From: Kondoa subrosea
Taxonomy: Eukaryota
Assembly (NCBI GenBank): GCA_039545335.1
Contig: BCIN01000002.1
Coordinates: forward strand, 2,758,678 to 2,822,677
DNA length: 64,000 nt
Reading direction: 5' to 3'
Positions within the stretch are counted from its first letter, which is position 1. Every line of letters begins with the position of its first letter. Below are positions 29,813 through 42,320 of this stretch, in pieces. The notes beneath the pieces are model-generated. The model was given only the letters and a program-made list of their open reading frames with translations. It did no database searches and had not been told where the DNA came from. The position numbers were made by a program, and so were the translations under genes.

Positions 29813-32210
29813 TCACTTTCCACCAAGTTTCGCCTTCAGTCGATCCCTCAATCTTACAGGACTCTTCTGCTCCGTCGTTGTCGCTTGATGTCTAGTAGCA
29901 TGTTCTTCAGCTAACTGATTGATCCTTAATCCAAGTGCTAGCAGTGTATCATAATGATCCAAATTAGTAGATTTCCTTCTTGCTAAAGTTTTCTTCGCAT
30001 CATGTGTCGCAACAGCAATAGAAGCCAAGTGCCTCAAAGTGGAAAGCATGTTGCCTATTTCGGACATCTTGACTGGTAGGACCAAATGATCGGGCATGGC
30101 TACATCGGAAGGTGGGTTCTTTGAAGTTGAGGTAGTAGCTAGCGTTACTGGTTGAGTGAGACGTCCTTCTCGAGTCTTGCAAGGTGGTAAAAGTCGAATG
30201 ATCAACCGAACAACGGATTCGCCCGATCCGCTAGAAGATTTCACAAAGCGGGCAGCTGTGCATACAGACACCCCTTCTATTAGTTTGACACTAAAAGAAG
30301 ATCGTCCAACGCACCTATTTCAGTCTCTCCATGACCTATTTTCTCATTCTGTATATCCCTAGGGTGCGCTTCTATCCTAGTATCACCATGTCTTTTCACC
30401 TCGATCATCAGCATTACTTTCCATTTTACTACAATTCAAATTCACTCACAAGTTCAAGAACCTCAGCAAACTAGCCCAAGTAGGCGCTTCCATAGCAAAA
30501 GTATGCCATTCCACTTTCCCATCTTCCGTATCAGGCGTATTACTCAATTGAATCACATCAGGAAAAGAATCCGTATCTCTTGAATATGGTAATCCAGGAT
30601 TACTTTCCGTACTGAATCCATACCGGATTGCACGAGGGTAGAAAACTTCTTCCTCGTCTATTGGAACAGGTGCAAGTTCTGGTTCATGTTCAGCGGAGGA
30701 AGAGATTGGTCGAGTACGAGCACCTGGTGGGAGTGTGGAAGAAGAAGATATCGTAGAGGGCCAAGTAACTTCTCTTGGTCGAGGTGGAACTGCGTTCTTG
30801 TGATTGACTTGAGAATCGTGTTCTTGTCCATAAGTAGCAAAAGGTGCCGGCGATTCTGCCCGCTCTTCAGTAGGTGAGGACACGTATTGCTCAGTGGCAG
30901 GAGGATTTTGATGATCGGGTAAATAGGGTTGTTGAACTTGAGCTGGGGATGAGACACCATGCTGTTCATGCGAAGTAGCAGCTGAAACGGAAAAGTTTGA
31001 ATGACCTTGAGAAGAGGAAGTAGCTGAATTGGTAGGTCCGGAAGGTATGTCAACAGAATCATGAGAGAAAGCTGAATGGCCTTGTGACGGTTCAGAAAGA
31101 TGTGAAGCAGGAGTGAAATAGCTGTCTCTTTCTAATTCTTCTTCAGTAGGACTTCGTACCGTCCTAATTGATTCCGAATCGTTCTCAGATTCGACATGAC
31201 TAGGCGCAAAATTGCTATCGAAAGAAACACTAGCTTGACTATTAGGATGAACGGCAGGTCTTGCAGGCAAAGCAGGAGCAGCCCTTCCAGGAATCGGTGG
31301 TAAAGGTCTCTTGCCTGGCTTAGGTGCGTCTGGAGCATTTGCTAGCATGGAAGACAGAGGTGGAAGAACTGCCATGCGCTCCTTTTCATCCATATAAGGC
31401 TTGGCATCTTGGGTTCGCCAAAGATTGAAGTAGGAAGGAGGTTCTTCCCTGGGTATAAGGGGAGTGTATCCAGGATCTCCGACCCTTGCCGGCTCGCGAT
31501 TCACAGGTGTCAATTCTTCGTTTTCGACAGCAGGAGTATTGACCTCAGTACGCTCAGAGATGATTGAGAGAGATGATGCATCATCTGTGAGTATAATATC
31601 ATCATCAGCTACGTATAGCGAAATGACAGCACGACTCACTTGCATCAAACATTGAAGCTCTTGCTAAATTGAATCGCTCCAACTCCCTTCTTTGACTTTC
31701 CTCATCGTACTCATCCTCGTCAACAGGAAATTGAGCTTGATCGGCCGAAGCAGACATAGCCATAGCCAATTGTACCTCTTCATCGTCCGGAGTCGCTGAA
31801 CGCTGAGCCCGACCTTTGCCTTTATCCGCCTGAGATGCTCTGATAGCTTGCTGCAACTGTTCTTCTTCCCTTTTACGTTCCTCTGCAGCTTCCAACTCGC
31901 TTATCCTCAATGCTTCTGCGAGTTCAGCTTCAGAAGGTCTTTCTTCGAGATTGGGTCTATCAGTCTTTTCATTCGCAAAGGCCTGTGGTGGTACTGGAGG
32001 CAATCGACTCCCTGTACTGGCAGTAACATTGGGCTCTTCCCTCGCTTTGCCTTTGAGGATTTGAGAACCGGATTTCAGTAAACTTGCTCGAATGCCAGTC
32101 GGCGGATAAGGGCTACTCCAGTTTAAGAATTGATGGCCGTATGATGGATCTGGTTGGACAGTCGGAGATGCCAAAGGAGGACCCATATTTGCTCGTTCGG
32201 GAGCAAGCAT
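29813..32210 (-). CDS. Hypothetical protein with tandem ubiquitin-interacting-motif-like helices and a Pro/Ser-rich region
   Basis: EAELAEALRISELEA, EEQLQQAIRASQAD and EEVQLAMAMSASAD fit the UIM pattern. Three long ORFs are joined by short introns. Confidence 0.72.
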
Positions 32211-32435
32211 GACTTCACGTTTCTTTGCTGACGTCGACCAATTTTAGTTTCCCGAGATTCATAGATACCGTGTCTGTGTCACTGTCTCTCGAGAGCCGTC
32301 CAGCATTTTCCCTTCAGGCTTGTTGCCTCGTCTGTCATCGTTGCGAACTCCAAGCTTCAGTGTGAAACCCATCGCTTGAACTTGACGTCTTGGACTTTCC
32401 TTGAAGGTGTTTGCGAGTACTCAAGTGTACATCTA

Positions 32436-33554
32436 ATGGCTCAGCCAGACAGCTCTCGAATCTGCCTGCTACCTCTAGAGCTTAAGCAGCACATTATCTC
32501 TTACCTTCATGATCAGAATTGGTTGGTTGATATACGGCACATGGCTCAAACGAGCAAGAGCTGGTATGATGCGGTAGTGAAAGATGAAGTGATGTGGAAG
32601 AAGAAAGCGAGAGAGCTAGGCAGTCGTTCAAAGAACAAGCAGGGATGGATGAAACTGTATATGTCATGTTTGAGTCAGGTTTGCTTTAGATGGTAAGTAC
32701 ATATAAGTGAAGGTCTCAATGAATCTGAATCTTCTTTCAGTCATGAAAAGGCTCCTGCTTCGATGCACTATGGTATCGTATCTTGGCTACCGAAGCACAT
32801 TCGAGTTTGTGACAAGTGCCGACATCGAAAAGGACCACTCAAATGTATCACTCACGCCGACGCACTCAAACTGGATAGGCATCTCAACTAACATGATCTG
32901 GACAGTCTGCTCGGTATTGACCCAGGGCGAATAAGCTCACATCCCAAAATAGAGAAGAGAATTTATCTGAAGCAATCTGTTGAACGATACATAAGAAAAC
33001 GAATGGACAAGGAACATTGAGCAAGAGCAGATGCGTTAGACGTTTATATCAAGCTGAAAGAGGATACACTTCGAGAGCTCTATCACACTGTTCCTCCTTC
33101 TCTGGAAGCTGCCTTATCACTTGCAAGGAAGTACCGTCAAGAAGACAAACATTCAATACTTCAAAAGAAGCATATTTATATGTTGGGAATGCAATGCTGC
33201 GAAATATACGACGGTACATATCACGGCACATCTGAACAGCCAATTTGCTCTTCACTTATTCCATCCTTCTTGAAACACTATCATCTTCTTGCCAACGTGG
33301 AAGCGCAAATTATTGAGCAATACAGTCAATAATCTTCGCATCATCTACTGGATACAGCTATGGATTTATTGTCATCCGAAACCCTCATCCGCTCTAACAA
33401 GGGGAAGAAAGACGAAAAGGTTGAATCGCTACCTATGCAAGAATGTTTAGCACTGGAAAAGGTCGATTGGCATCGCTTCGAAGCCAGAGTCTTGAAGCGA
33501 TACGCACCAGAAGAGGGAAGCCCTAGCAGCGAGAAGTCATCAGATTCAGACTGA
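32436..33554 (+). pseudogene. F-box protein with Cys-rich (XPA-like) region, disrupted by three in-frame stops
   Basis: F-box LLPLELKQHIISYL...MAQTSKSWYDAV, then CFRC...RVCDKC. Exon 2 has TAA 32889, TGA 33018 and TAA 33330 in one otherwise protein-like frame ending at TGA 33554. Confidence 0.7.
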
Positions 33555-33832
33555 GCGAATGACAAGAAAGAAATGCTGAAGAATCGGCCGGAATGAACAC
33601 GGAGACAGAGTATACAAACTTGCACCTCTAGACATCCTAGTAGTGGAAGAAGAGGCGTTAGGTTAGTTAACTAGGCATAGCTAAGCTGCAACTTTGTGTG
33701 TAAGATTGTTTGAATTGTACAAGGAGAGAGCGAGATTTACATATCAGCAGCCGTCATTGTAACAGCTTTCAAAACAGACTTTCAATCTTGCTCTACAACC
33801 ACGATCAATGTATCAATCAAACTTCCTCATTC

Positions 33833-34531
33833 ATGGCTCCACCGATTGACAGAAAGAACATAGGCGAATACAGCCTCTATATCGATAGCAGCTGGAAGCC
33901 CACAATCTGGCGCGTACCCCAGGTTAAACCATATACAACCATCAAGATAAACGGTGACTTGCAAGCATTCATAGAGGACGTTTGGCGCAGAACATGGCCA
34001 AAAGGGCTGCGGCTGCCCGAGAAAGCGAATGCGGAATAAATCAATTTGTGCTCGAAGATATGCAAGATGAACTCAAGGTCATCTGTACATCGGATGCAGC
34101 TGCAGCATATGCTTGCTTACAAAGGAGTTATTCAAGATCCTACCTGTAGTTTGATCTCCTGAAGAATTTGCTGGATAGTGAGTGCCGTACTCTCGCTTTT
34201 GGCATTCCTCTTTTACTGATTGCCAAGTGTAGAAGCTACTTTAACAATATCAAAGCAATACGGTACGTATCCACAATACGTTTTCCATCCATCGCAAGAG
34301 TCTTATTGAGCCTATCTAGATACTGTCAATGCTCTTTTGCGCAAACTTGAATCAGCTGAAACAGCAACTGCAATCAGGAGTAGACAAGACACAAGTACCT
34401 CCAATAGCTCAAATGATACAGAAGAAGCAGTTACTCCGCCTGAAACTTCGATCGAGATGTTTTCGAATTTCTATGATATTTCTTCTTTTACACACAAAGC
34501 TGTTGTTCAGGACGAAAGTGATAGGTTGTGA
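33833..34531 (+). pseudogene. Degenerate hypothetical gene (frameshift plus stop)
   Basis: MAPPIDRK...KANAE continues in another frame (GINQFVLEDMQDELKVIC...SYL*FDLLKNLLD). Two canonical short introns and a terminal exon follow. Confidence 0.35.
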
Positions 34532-35396
34532 TGAATCGTCTTGTCTATCATCTGAACCTGTTTATAGTGAATGGGTAGACTTGTGATTCATTTTTATGTT
34601 TATGGCTTTCGTTTTTCAGCATGTAATGCTTCGCATGTGAGCTGTATTTTGTAATACTTTTGTGTAATGGCGCTATGTATACACACAGACTCGGAAAAAG
34701 AAAAAAGACATTTTTGCCATCAATGTCCTATACCTCTGCCGTTGTTGGTAAAGCTGGAATGGATGGACACGTTTCACTCGAGGTTGAAGGCAGCCTGCGC
34801 AGTCTGACAGGTATCGTGTTCCAGACTGGTAGTGATGAAGCAGCTGATCTAAGCGGGAGAGTGCTATTAAAGATAGGCCGAGGCAAAAAAAACGTTTGCG
34901 CAATGAGGTATCAGAGATCGCGACCGAGGATAGTATCACAAGGAAAACAGATAGAGTTCGACAAAATCCAAGACGAGCTTTGACTGAGAAAGTTGAAAAG
35001 AAGTTAAAACAACTTATGCATCGCCTAGCACATTCATGCACATTCGCATCGCAAATTTTGGCAACCGTGCTCGCGATTTGCAAATGAGGCAATGATAGAC
35101 ACTAGAAAGCTGTGTATCGAAGGACGTCTGCCATGATCAAAGGCATCGACTGACTGGGCAGACTCTGGCGCCTGAGATGAATAAAATCGGCTCCAAACGC
35201 TGAAAGCAAAGGACAAAAGCAAAGGAAGACAGAAGGAGAAGAAGAAAGTGAGGAGCAAGCCAGCAGATGTGGACGACGACAGTACAGATACAGCAACAGT
35301 GGACAGAAAGCCTGAGTTACTCATGAGTAATGTCAAACAAAGGAATTACCTAGATGACGTACATATACAGCCTACGTTTTGAATATACATGTCGCC

Positions 35397-37088
35397 TTAT
35401 ATCCCACCGACAGCCAACCAGATACCGAAAACGAACAACCCAATAAGCCCAACTTGAGATCTGCTAGCAGACGAACCAAGTACGATCGAATAATTTCCTT
35501 CGTCTGTTGCATCTACTTGTTTTGTTCTTGTGTCAGACACAGCGATCGAAGTAGGTTTGCCAGCTAGAGGAACCGCTGCATTGCCTTGAGGAGAGCCTCT
35601 TCCTCGACCACTGCCTCTGTCGGATTGCTGTGATGAGACAGCTTGGTAGTGATCCGAATCGTCGCTAACTATCTGAGCTTGTTCTTGAGCTTGAGGAACA
35701 GGAGTAGCTTTGACAGGTGAAGCAGAAGGTTTCGTGACAGAGGCTTGAGTTTGCTGCGGACCGGCTGCACTGTAAGATCGACCTGCTCCCTTTGCGTTCT
35801 TGAGCTCATCGTCCAATTGAACCACATCATGAAGTTTAGGAGAGAAATTCTTTTCCGGTAAAGCTCGAACTGCTTTGACTGTTCCACCTTTTGTATTGGT
35901 GACATCGTACTGAAAGCAGGTGAGATAGCTACTTCGTTGTCAGTTTCAGGTTGCCATGAAGTGATCAAACGTACTTGATATGAGGCCCTGTCAACTGACC
36001 GGCGCTGTAATCATTCTGAGCCCAAACATCTCCACCCATTCTATAGAGATGATCGATCAGTCGCAGTTGTCTGCGCGGAGACGCGAGCTTACCGACCATC
36101 TTGAGTCAATTGAGTTGAATAATTCATTTTCTGTCAGAGGCATCAGAAATCAAGCAGATCCAGGCTAGACAATGTCATCGTACCCAGCCCCAGACCAAAG
36201 TATGAAGGCTAGTCTCCCAATCTTGCGGTATAGTAAATGTCCCTGAACACATGTACTCGCCGAAAGATCTAAGAAAGATCAGTCCGCTGTACGTATACGT
36301 AGGTAGAGTGCTCACAAAGATCCAAGAAGATCGATACTACAACTGATCTCAGCAAAGATTCTACTTTCGAGGGATTGCACTGACTTGTCTGTATTCTTGA
36401 AGCAATTTCCCCAGTAGAATTCAAGCATAGGAGTAGTAGAGAATAAGTCCTGTTTAGTGAAGAAATCAGCGCCCTCTCAATCCAGGTATAGTATCGAGCG
36501 CACATCATTTGGTTCATTGCTGTTTGCATGCCACAAGAAAGCTTCGACATTCTGTAGCACCAATCAGTCTTCCAACCGTTAGCAAGGCTTGACGCTCACA
36601 TTCACACCAGGTTTACCGGGCGAATCTATCATCAATGATCAGAATCTTCATTCGATACCCAAAATCTACCAAAAGAGCTTACTGATCAGAGCGTGATTAT
36701 TTGCGGGCCAAATTAGAGTCATGTTATCGCCTGCATTCACTTTCAAGGCTGATTTGCCTGCTTGAGCCGTACTGAGACCCTTATTCGTTCCAACCTGATT
36801 CTCAAGCCTTTAGCTAATCATTCAGCATTACCTTGATAGCTTGCGACATACAGTACATAGAGGTCCCTGCTGTTCATGATAATACGAAAAGGTAGTTGAC
36901 AAATCTTCCTGGAGTCAAGAATTAGTAACTGCTTCTACTGAAACACGCGAAGGATATATGAGACTGACATGGAAAGGTTTTGCTTCATCAGCGCATGGAC
37001 CAGATCCATCCCAGTTGACGCAAAGTAAAAGAGAATGAGCATGAGCGTATTGCGATAAAGCAAACACAGCCAGCAAGAAGGACAGCAT
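35397..37088 (-). CDS. Secreted, probably GPI-anchored histidine-brace (LPMO-like) copper protein candidate
   Basis: 11 exons joined by canonical GT-AG introns. Signal peptide ends AHA, mature N-terminal His (HSLLLC), WPANNH, CSGTFTIP...TLVWGW, YLTCFQYDV, then an S/T/Q/P linker and a hydrophobic tail. Confidence 0.75.
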
Positions 37089-37498
37089 CGTCAAGTTTGA
37101 AAGAAGCAGAGAAGACTGGCGAGATGTGGAATGGAGAGACAAGAGCAGGCGGAAATAGAACCAGCTGGTTTAGCGAGTCAGATTTCCGAAGTTTGAGTCT
37201 GTGATTGAACAAGAAGAACCAGAACAAAGGAAAATGGAAATCAATCTCATAGAGTCCCTAGCAGTAGCGAGACAGGAGTTGTATACAACGAGTCAAGGGA
37301 ACAGAGGTCAAAGAGAGTTAGAGAGGGAACGCAACACCCGGGGTTGCAAACGTCTCGGAAGCGTTCAGCGAGGAAGGAGTGAAGCTTATACATATATGGC
37401 TCTATTGGCGCAGGGAATCGAAGAGAGAATAGATCTCGGTGACCGCACTTGGGCAAGCTCTGATTCTTTGGGTGCAGTGAAGTTGATCCATTGCCACG

Positions 37499-38622
37499 AT
37501 GTTCTCCAATTTAGCCCTACTGGCACTCGCAGCCTACACAGCAACAGCAGCACAACAGTCTCCTCTGCTTGGCCTGGCTTCTACGTGCGTCCATTCGCGA
37601 GCTAATGCAGCATTTCTCAATCTCACAATATTTCGCACAGTTCTGGCTCCTGTATCAGCAAGACCCTCTACATCACTCTACCTGGTCTCACTCCTTCAGA
37701 TTTCTCCCTTTTCCCTTCTTCCTCAAGCTTGAAATCACGCTTTGACGCTTCAGAGTCGAGTTCAAGGCTTTGGACTCCTTATGCCTCGACAGATGCGGAT
37801 CAAGAGTTGCAGCAATTTAGGCCTTGTACGGAAATGGAAGAGGAGAGTGTATCATTAGCCGCTCTGAAAGGAAACAGGCAGCAGAGGAAAGAGAATATCA
37901 AAGCGTTAGGTCAGTCTCTGCTGTCTATAGTCGCATGAGTACCGTGCTTATCGGTCAGTACAGATTTAGAAGTCGAACAACTTATCAATGCGCTGCCGGA
38001 AGATTACCTCGTTGTCATTTCTGCTCACCCAAATCTTTCGCGTCGATCATTAAGCAAGAGACAAGAACCGATCTCCGAGACTGAAATTGATGAATTGGAA
38101 GCTATTGAAGCAGCAGAAGAAGCCGAAATCCCTTCCACTTCCGATGTAGAATCACAAGAGGAAGATAACTCAGAAGAATACGTTGCTCAACCTATCGAAG
38201 CTGAAGATATTCTTGACCCAGAACATGAAGAAGTCGATATCAGCGTCACTGCTCCCGATGAATTCACTACAGAAGAAGATCCATTCGATAATCCTTTCCC
38301 TCATGTCCCTGTTGATGAATTTCAACAAGACGACGATCCTCAACCTTCTACTAATGCCACAACCATCGACAAGAACGCAGCTTACATTGCAAGATACTCA
38401 ATTGTCTCTCCAGCTCTCATTTTCGCTTCTCTACTCTTCCTGCTCGTCCTTTTCCCAGCTGTGTTTTTGAGTGTTTCAGCTTTAGGTGCAATGTAAGTTG
38501 GCATGGGCGAGTTTTCAGTCTATATACTGATTCTAGTTCTTGTACAAACTTACAGTGAAGCACCAATGGGTCTCAACTCTAAGATGACAGGTGGTCTTTC
38601 GATGGATAAGAAGGATCAGTAG
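37499..38622 (+). CDS. ER type-I membrane protein, V-ATPase assembly factor Voa1/Ac45(BIG1)-like
   Basis: Signal peptide, acidic lumenal region, ARYSIVSPALIFASLLFLLVLFPAVFLSVSALGAI TM segment, C-terminal KKDQ* (KKxx ER retrieval). Confidence 0.68.
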
Positions 38623-38774
38623 ATGTAGAGCGCTTAGTCACTTGAGAAGGTCACAATGCAATGCTATCATTTGTCCATATTGATATAGTGATCAAAATCC
38701 CAATGCGCCGCATCCGTGCTCATATGCTATTATCCTGATGAGAATGTACCCAAGATAGCGAAGGAATATTGTTG

Positions 38775-40257
38775 CTAGTGTGTTCGATTTGTTGCTAAAC
38801 CGAAAGCCACATGTCGTTTTGACACTACAAGTGATGTCAGCTCGGTGCCTTCCCGTAGACCATGAACAGCACATACCATTCGTTGCCTTGAGTTGTTTGA
38901 AAATAGCTTCCGACCAAAGTTTATGAGCTTGACTAGAAGGATGTCTGTCATCTCCCCAAATATCTGTGCACGCTCTCATCTGTCACTACCACCACAGCGG
39001 AGGACAGAAGCATTTTACGCACATGATGATCTAGGATGACCACATTTCTTATCCACACTCTTATCGATCGTACATTCTCCAGAAACGTATGCTGAGCAAT
39101 ACGTATCAGGACTGATGAAACCATTAGATTTGTAGTCTTTCATGAGGGTATTGAAGAATTTGTCTGCGTCAATTCTAGTCAGTCAATACTTTATAAAAGA
39201 AAGGTTGAAAGCGGACTGGTACTGAACCGAATACATTTGACGCCTGATTTCTTGCAAAAGATGGATTGTTTGCTATAGATGAGGGAATTGAGCTGTTTGA
39301 CTGCCGACTGACCTAACTCATCAGCAACGATACAGATGTAAGCCAATTTTGAGCTGACTGCTAGATTACGCTTGTTTGTAGAAGGAAGCTTCGTCGCCAT
39401 AGGAGCTTTGTCCAAAGGCACAACATCGTTGAACAGGAAAGTCCTTGCACCGGCATTATAGAGCTGTTCGCAAGAGTTCATATATGAAGTAGCCATAGCG
39501 GGATATAAAGTTCTATTTGCTGCTGAAGTATATGTTTGCGTTATCACATTCACTGTACGTCTATCATCAGAGTTGTTCAGGGGAAGAGCGAAAGATGGAA
39601 CGAACCGCCGAAAAGAACAGAAAACAAAGAATTCTTAGATGTCCAAGGCAACTTCTTGGATGGTGTTGCACCGATAAACTTATTGAAAGCTGCTGCTTGA
39701 CCGACAAAGTCGATTTTCTTCGGCATGCCAATGATCTTGTTATCAATGCGAGCTCCATTCTGTCAGATATAATGAGAGACGACTCTGTAAGAGGAATTGT
39801 ATCGTACCTTTGCGAACTATAATATCACAGATTCAGATCAAGTAGGATATATAGAGCTCAGAACTTGCATCAATGACCCGCGGTTGTTTGGGTGACATTT
39901 GCGGGGCGAGCTGCTGAATAAAGTTTGGTCCACCTCCGGTATGAGCTTCGCATGTATAAGGGACCGTCAAGGGAGATTTAACGCCTGTATAAATCCAAGT
40001 CAGGTTCCAAAGCTATACATAGCCAAACAGAACGTATTGCCATCCGTCTTGGGAATAGCTGCAGGAGTGTCAGATGTGCATGTCTGAGGCATTATTGTGC
40101 ATGCACCTATCGCCACTACGAGCAAAGCAGCCAAAGGGTCAGAAATATGTAAATCGACACTTTGAACCCGAACGAACAAAACGAAGAGGTAATCATAAGC
40201 GAGTGACTGTTGATAAAGGAGTGTGGTCAAGAAAAGGAAAGACAGAAAACCAAACAT
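38775..40257 (-). CDS. Secreted GDSL/SGNH esterase (carbohydrate esterase family 16-like)
   Basis: Signal peptide, LFVFGDSYS across a 9-nt exon, LYNAGARTFLFNDVVPLDKAP, WGDDRHPSSQAHKLWSEAI (DxxH). Confidence 0.82.
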
Positions 40258-40540
40258 ATTACTACTGAGGAGGAAAGAGAAAGGACAGGGTCAGAGGTGA
40301 AGGTCAATGCGCAAGGCGATATCTAGCTCTCTATTTGGATAGATCTTGGAGCCGCGCCATACTTGCAAGGCGAACTCAACGAAGGCAAGAGGTTCAGGAC
40401 AAGAAAGCTGTTTCGGTCTAGTTTCTGGTACCCAGGCAAGTATCGACCAAGTATCGAGGTGTCTCTCCCAAACTCTTCTCTTCTGTCTACCATCCTCTCC
40501 TCTCCTCTCATTCTCCATCTCGCGTATCCGGACTTGTGCG

Positions 40541-41630
40541 ATGACGATGTCTGCATTTGCAATGGAAGACGATAAGGCCCCCATGAGGGACATTCCTCCA
40601 TTCTTAGAAGGGCTGGAAAAGCAGAACGGTACAGTAGTCAAGCAGCTGGACCCATACTACACTACTCTTGTCGATATTGCAGTGGACGCTTGTCTAGAAC
40701 GCACTGGTGACGCTGGATTTGGCTCAAGCACTAACGCTGGACCAGTACAGCACGGACTCAAATATCTGAAAACGAACACAGCTAGCAAAGATGCGTTGCA
40801 AGCAATGGAGACGCTGTACGCTCAGAAATTACTCCTCGTAAGGGGCAAAGAAATGATGGACGAATTAACCCAACTACAACAATCCGGTGCAAACGATATG
40901 CGTACTCGGCTCTTAATCGTCTCTCTGCTACTCGACCTATGGCCTGATATACTTCGCAATCAAGATGAAAGATATGCAAATACCTTTTTGTTGCAGCTAC
41001 TCGAGGTCGAATTGCCATGCATCATCTCCGAAGGATTCCTTCCGGAACGCGCGAATGATGCAACAATAGTCCTATTGATGCACTTGCTCGTTAAGCTGCC
41101 CTCGGCTGTATTGGTGATCAATTCAACACTGCAGAGCAAGCAGAGAAGGCTAGGTCCTAATGGAACAGTTTTGAAGATCAGCTACCTGGAGCTCTTGCAC
41201 GTGCTCGCTGGGAGGAGATTCAAAGCAATCTCAAACTTGTCCACATCGACGAACCCGTACTACTATCTCTTGCTTCTGCTTGGCCAAAAGCATGAGTCTA
41301 TGTCAATTCCTCATGCAGAGATATGCAGTGCAGCTTTGTCTGTTCGCCGTTCTTTTCTTGCTCTTCAGCTTAAAAAGACTGTTCATCGATGGCGGATCTG
41401 CTTGCAATGCGGCAAGTGCAGGAAAGTCGGCCATGAAGTGGAAGGAGAAGTGAAATTGGTCTTCAAACGATGTATGGGATCTGGATGCGCAGCGATGTAC
41501 TGCAGCGTTGCTTGCAGGAAACTTCGTATGAACTTGCACTTATACCACTTGGCAGTACCGCTGAATGCAATCTGCAGATTGGCCTGAACATCGAGAACAA
41601 TGCTTATCGAAACGGGCAGCACCAAAATGA
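40541..41630 (+). CDS. MYND-type zinc-finger protein
   Basis: CGKC...KRCMGSGCAAMYCSVACRKL|HWPEHREQC after removing a 52-nt intron (41526-41577). Start codon uncertain. Confidence 0.75.
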
Positions 41631-42320
41631 AGCCAGTTCAATCATGCTTGCACCGGCTCGGACAAGTTTATGAATAGCTGCTTGTCTTCACAAGCTGAGA
41701 CAAAATAAACCCAATATCAAGTAGCTACCAGTCATCCCACCGACAGGACACCTGAGCTCAAGAGAATCTTACTATGACCGGGGTACACGAGTAAGGCTGA
41801 GCCAGTCAGTCGGCGAGCAGGATACACGCTGACGATTTGCTTTCAGTATTCAATATGGAATAAATGCTTTGCATCCCGCTACAACATAAATGTATGTCGA
41901 GGGCCCGCAAGTGAAGAATGAAGCAGAGGAGAAATGAAATCACTGATGCGCGTGCAATTGGATTTGGACATTTGAACTTTTCATGCATGATTTGATATAT
42001 CACCTTGAACTGATTTACAACATTGTACTTCTCCACCCACTGCACTCCTGCGAGCTCTAATAGACCCAAAGGCTGCATAAATGTAGATATAGAAAATTTG
42101 ATCTAGGAGGTCTTCAACCCTGAACAGGCTGAGACCAGTCTTTCTGCCAACTCTAGCACTGCAGTATCACTTGGACAACAGTAACAGCGACTCTTATTGA
42201 GCGGTCCAGTAAGAAAGCAATTTGACATGGGAAGAAGAGCACAATTTCGAATATTCGCAAAAGACTATGCTTGGTCCGGCCCAAGATACCTGAGCTTCCG
42301 CGTATGGCTTATATCCAGAC

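Noticed and set aside
41500..41630. Apparent frameshift in the MYND finger
   Set aside because: A canonical 52-nt intron (41526-41577) restores YCSVACRKLHWPEHREQC.
41750..42190. Possible ncRNA or small gene between the MYND gene and ALG1
   Set aside because: I found no convincing box motifs, structure or spliced ORF.
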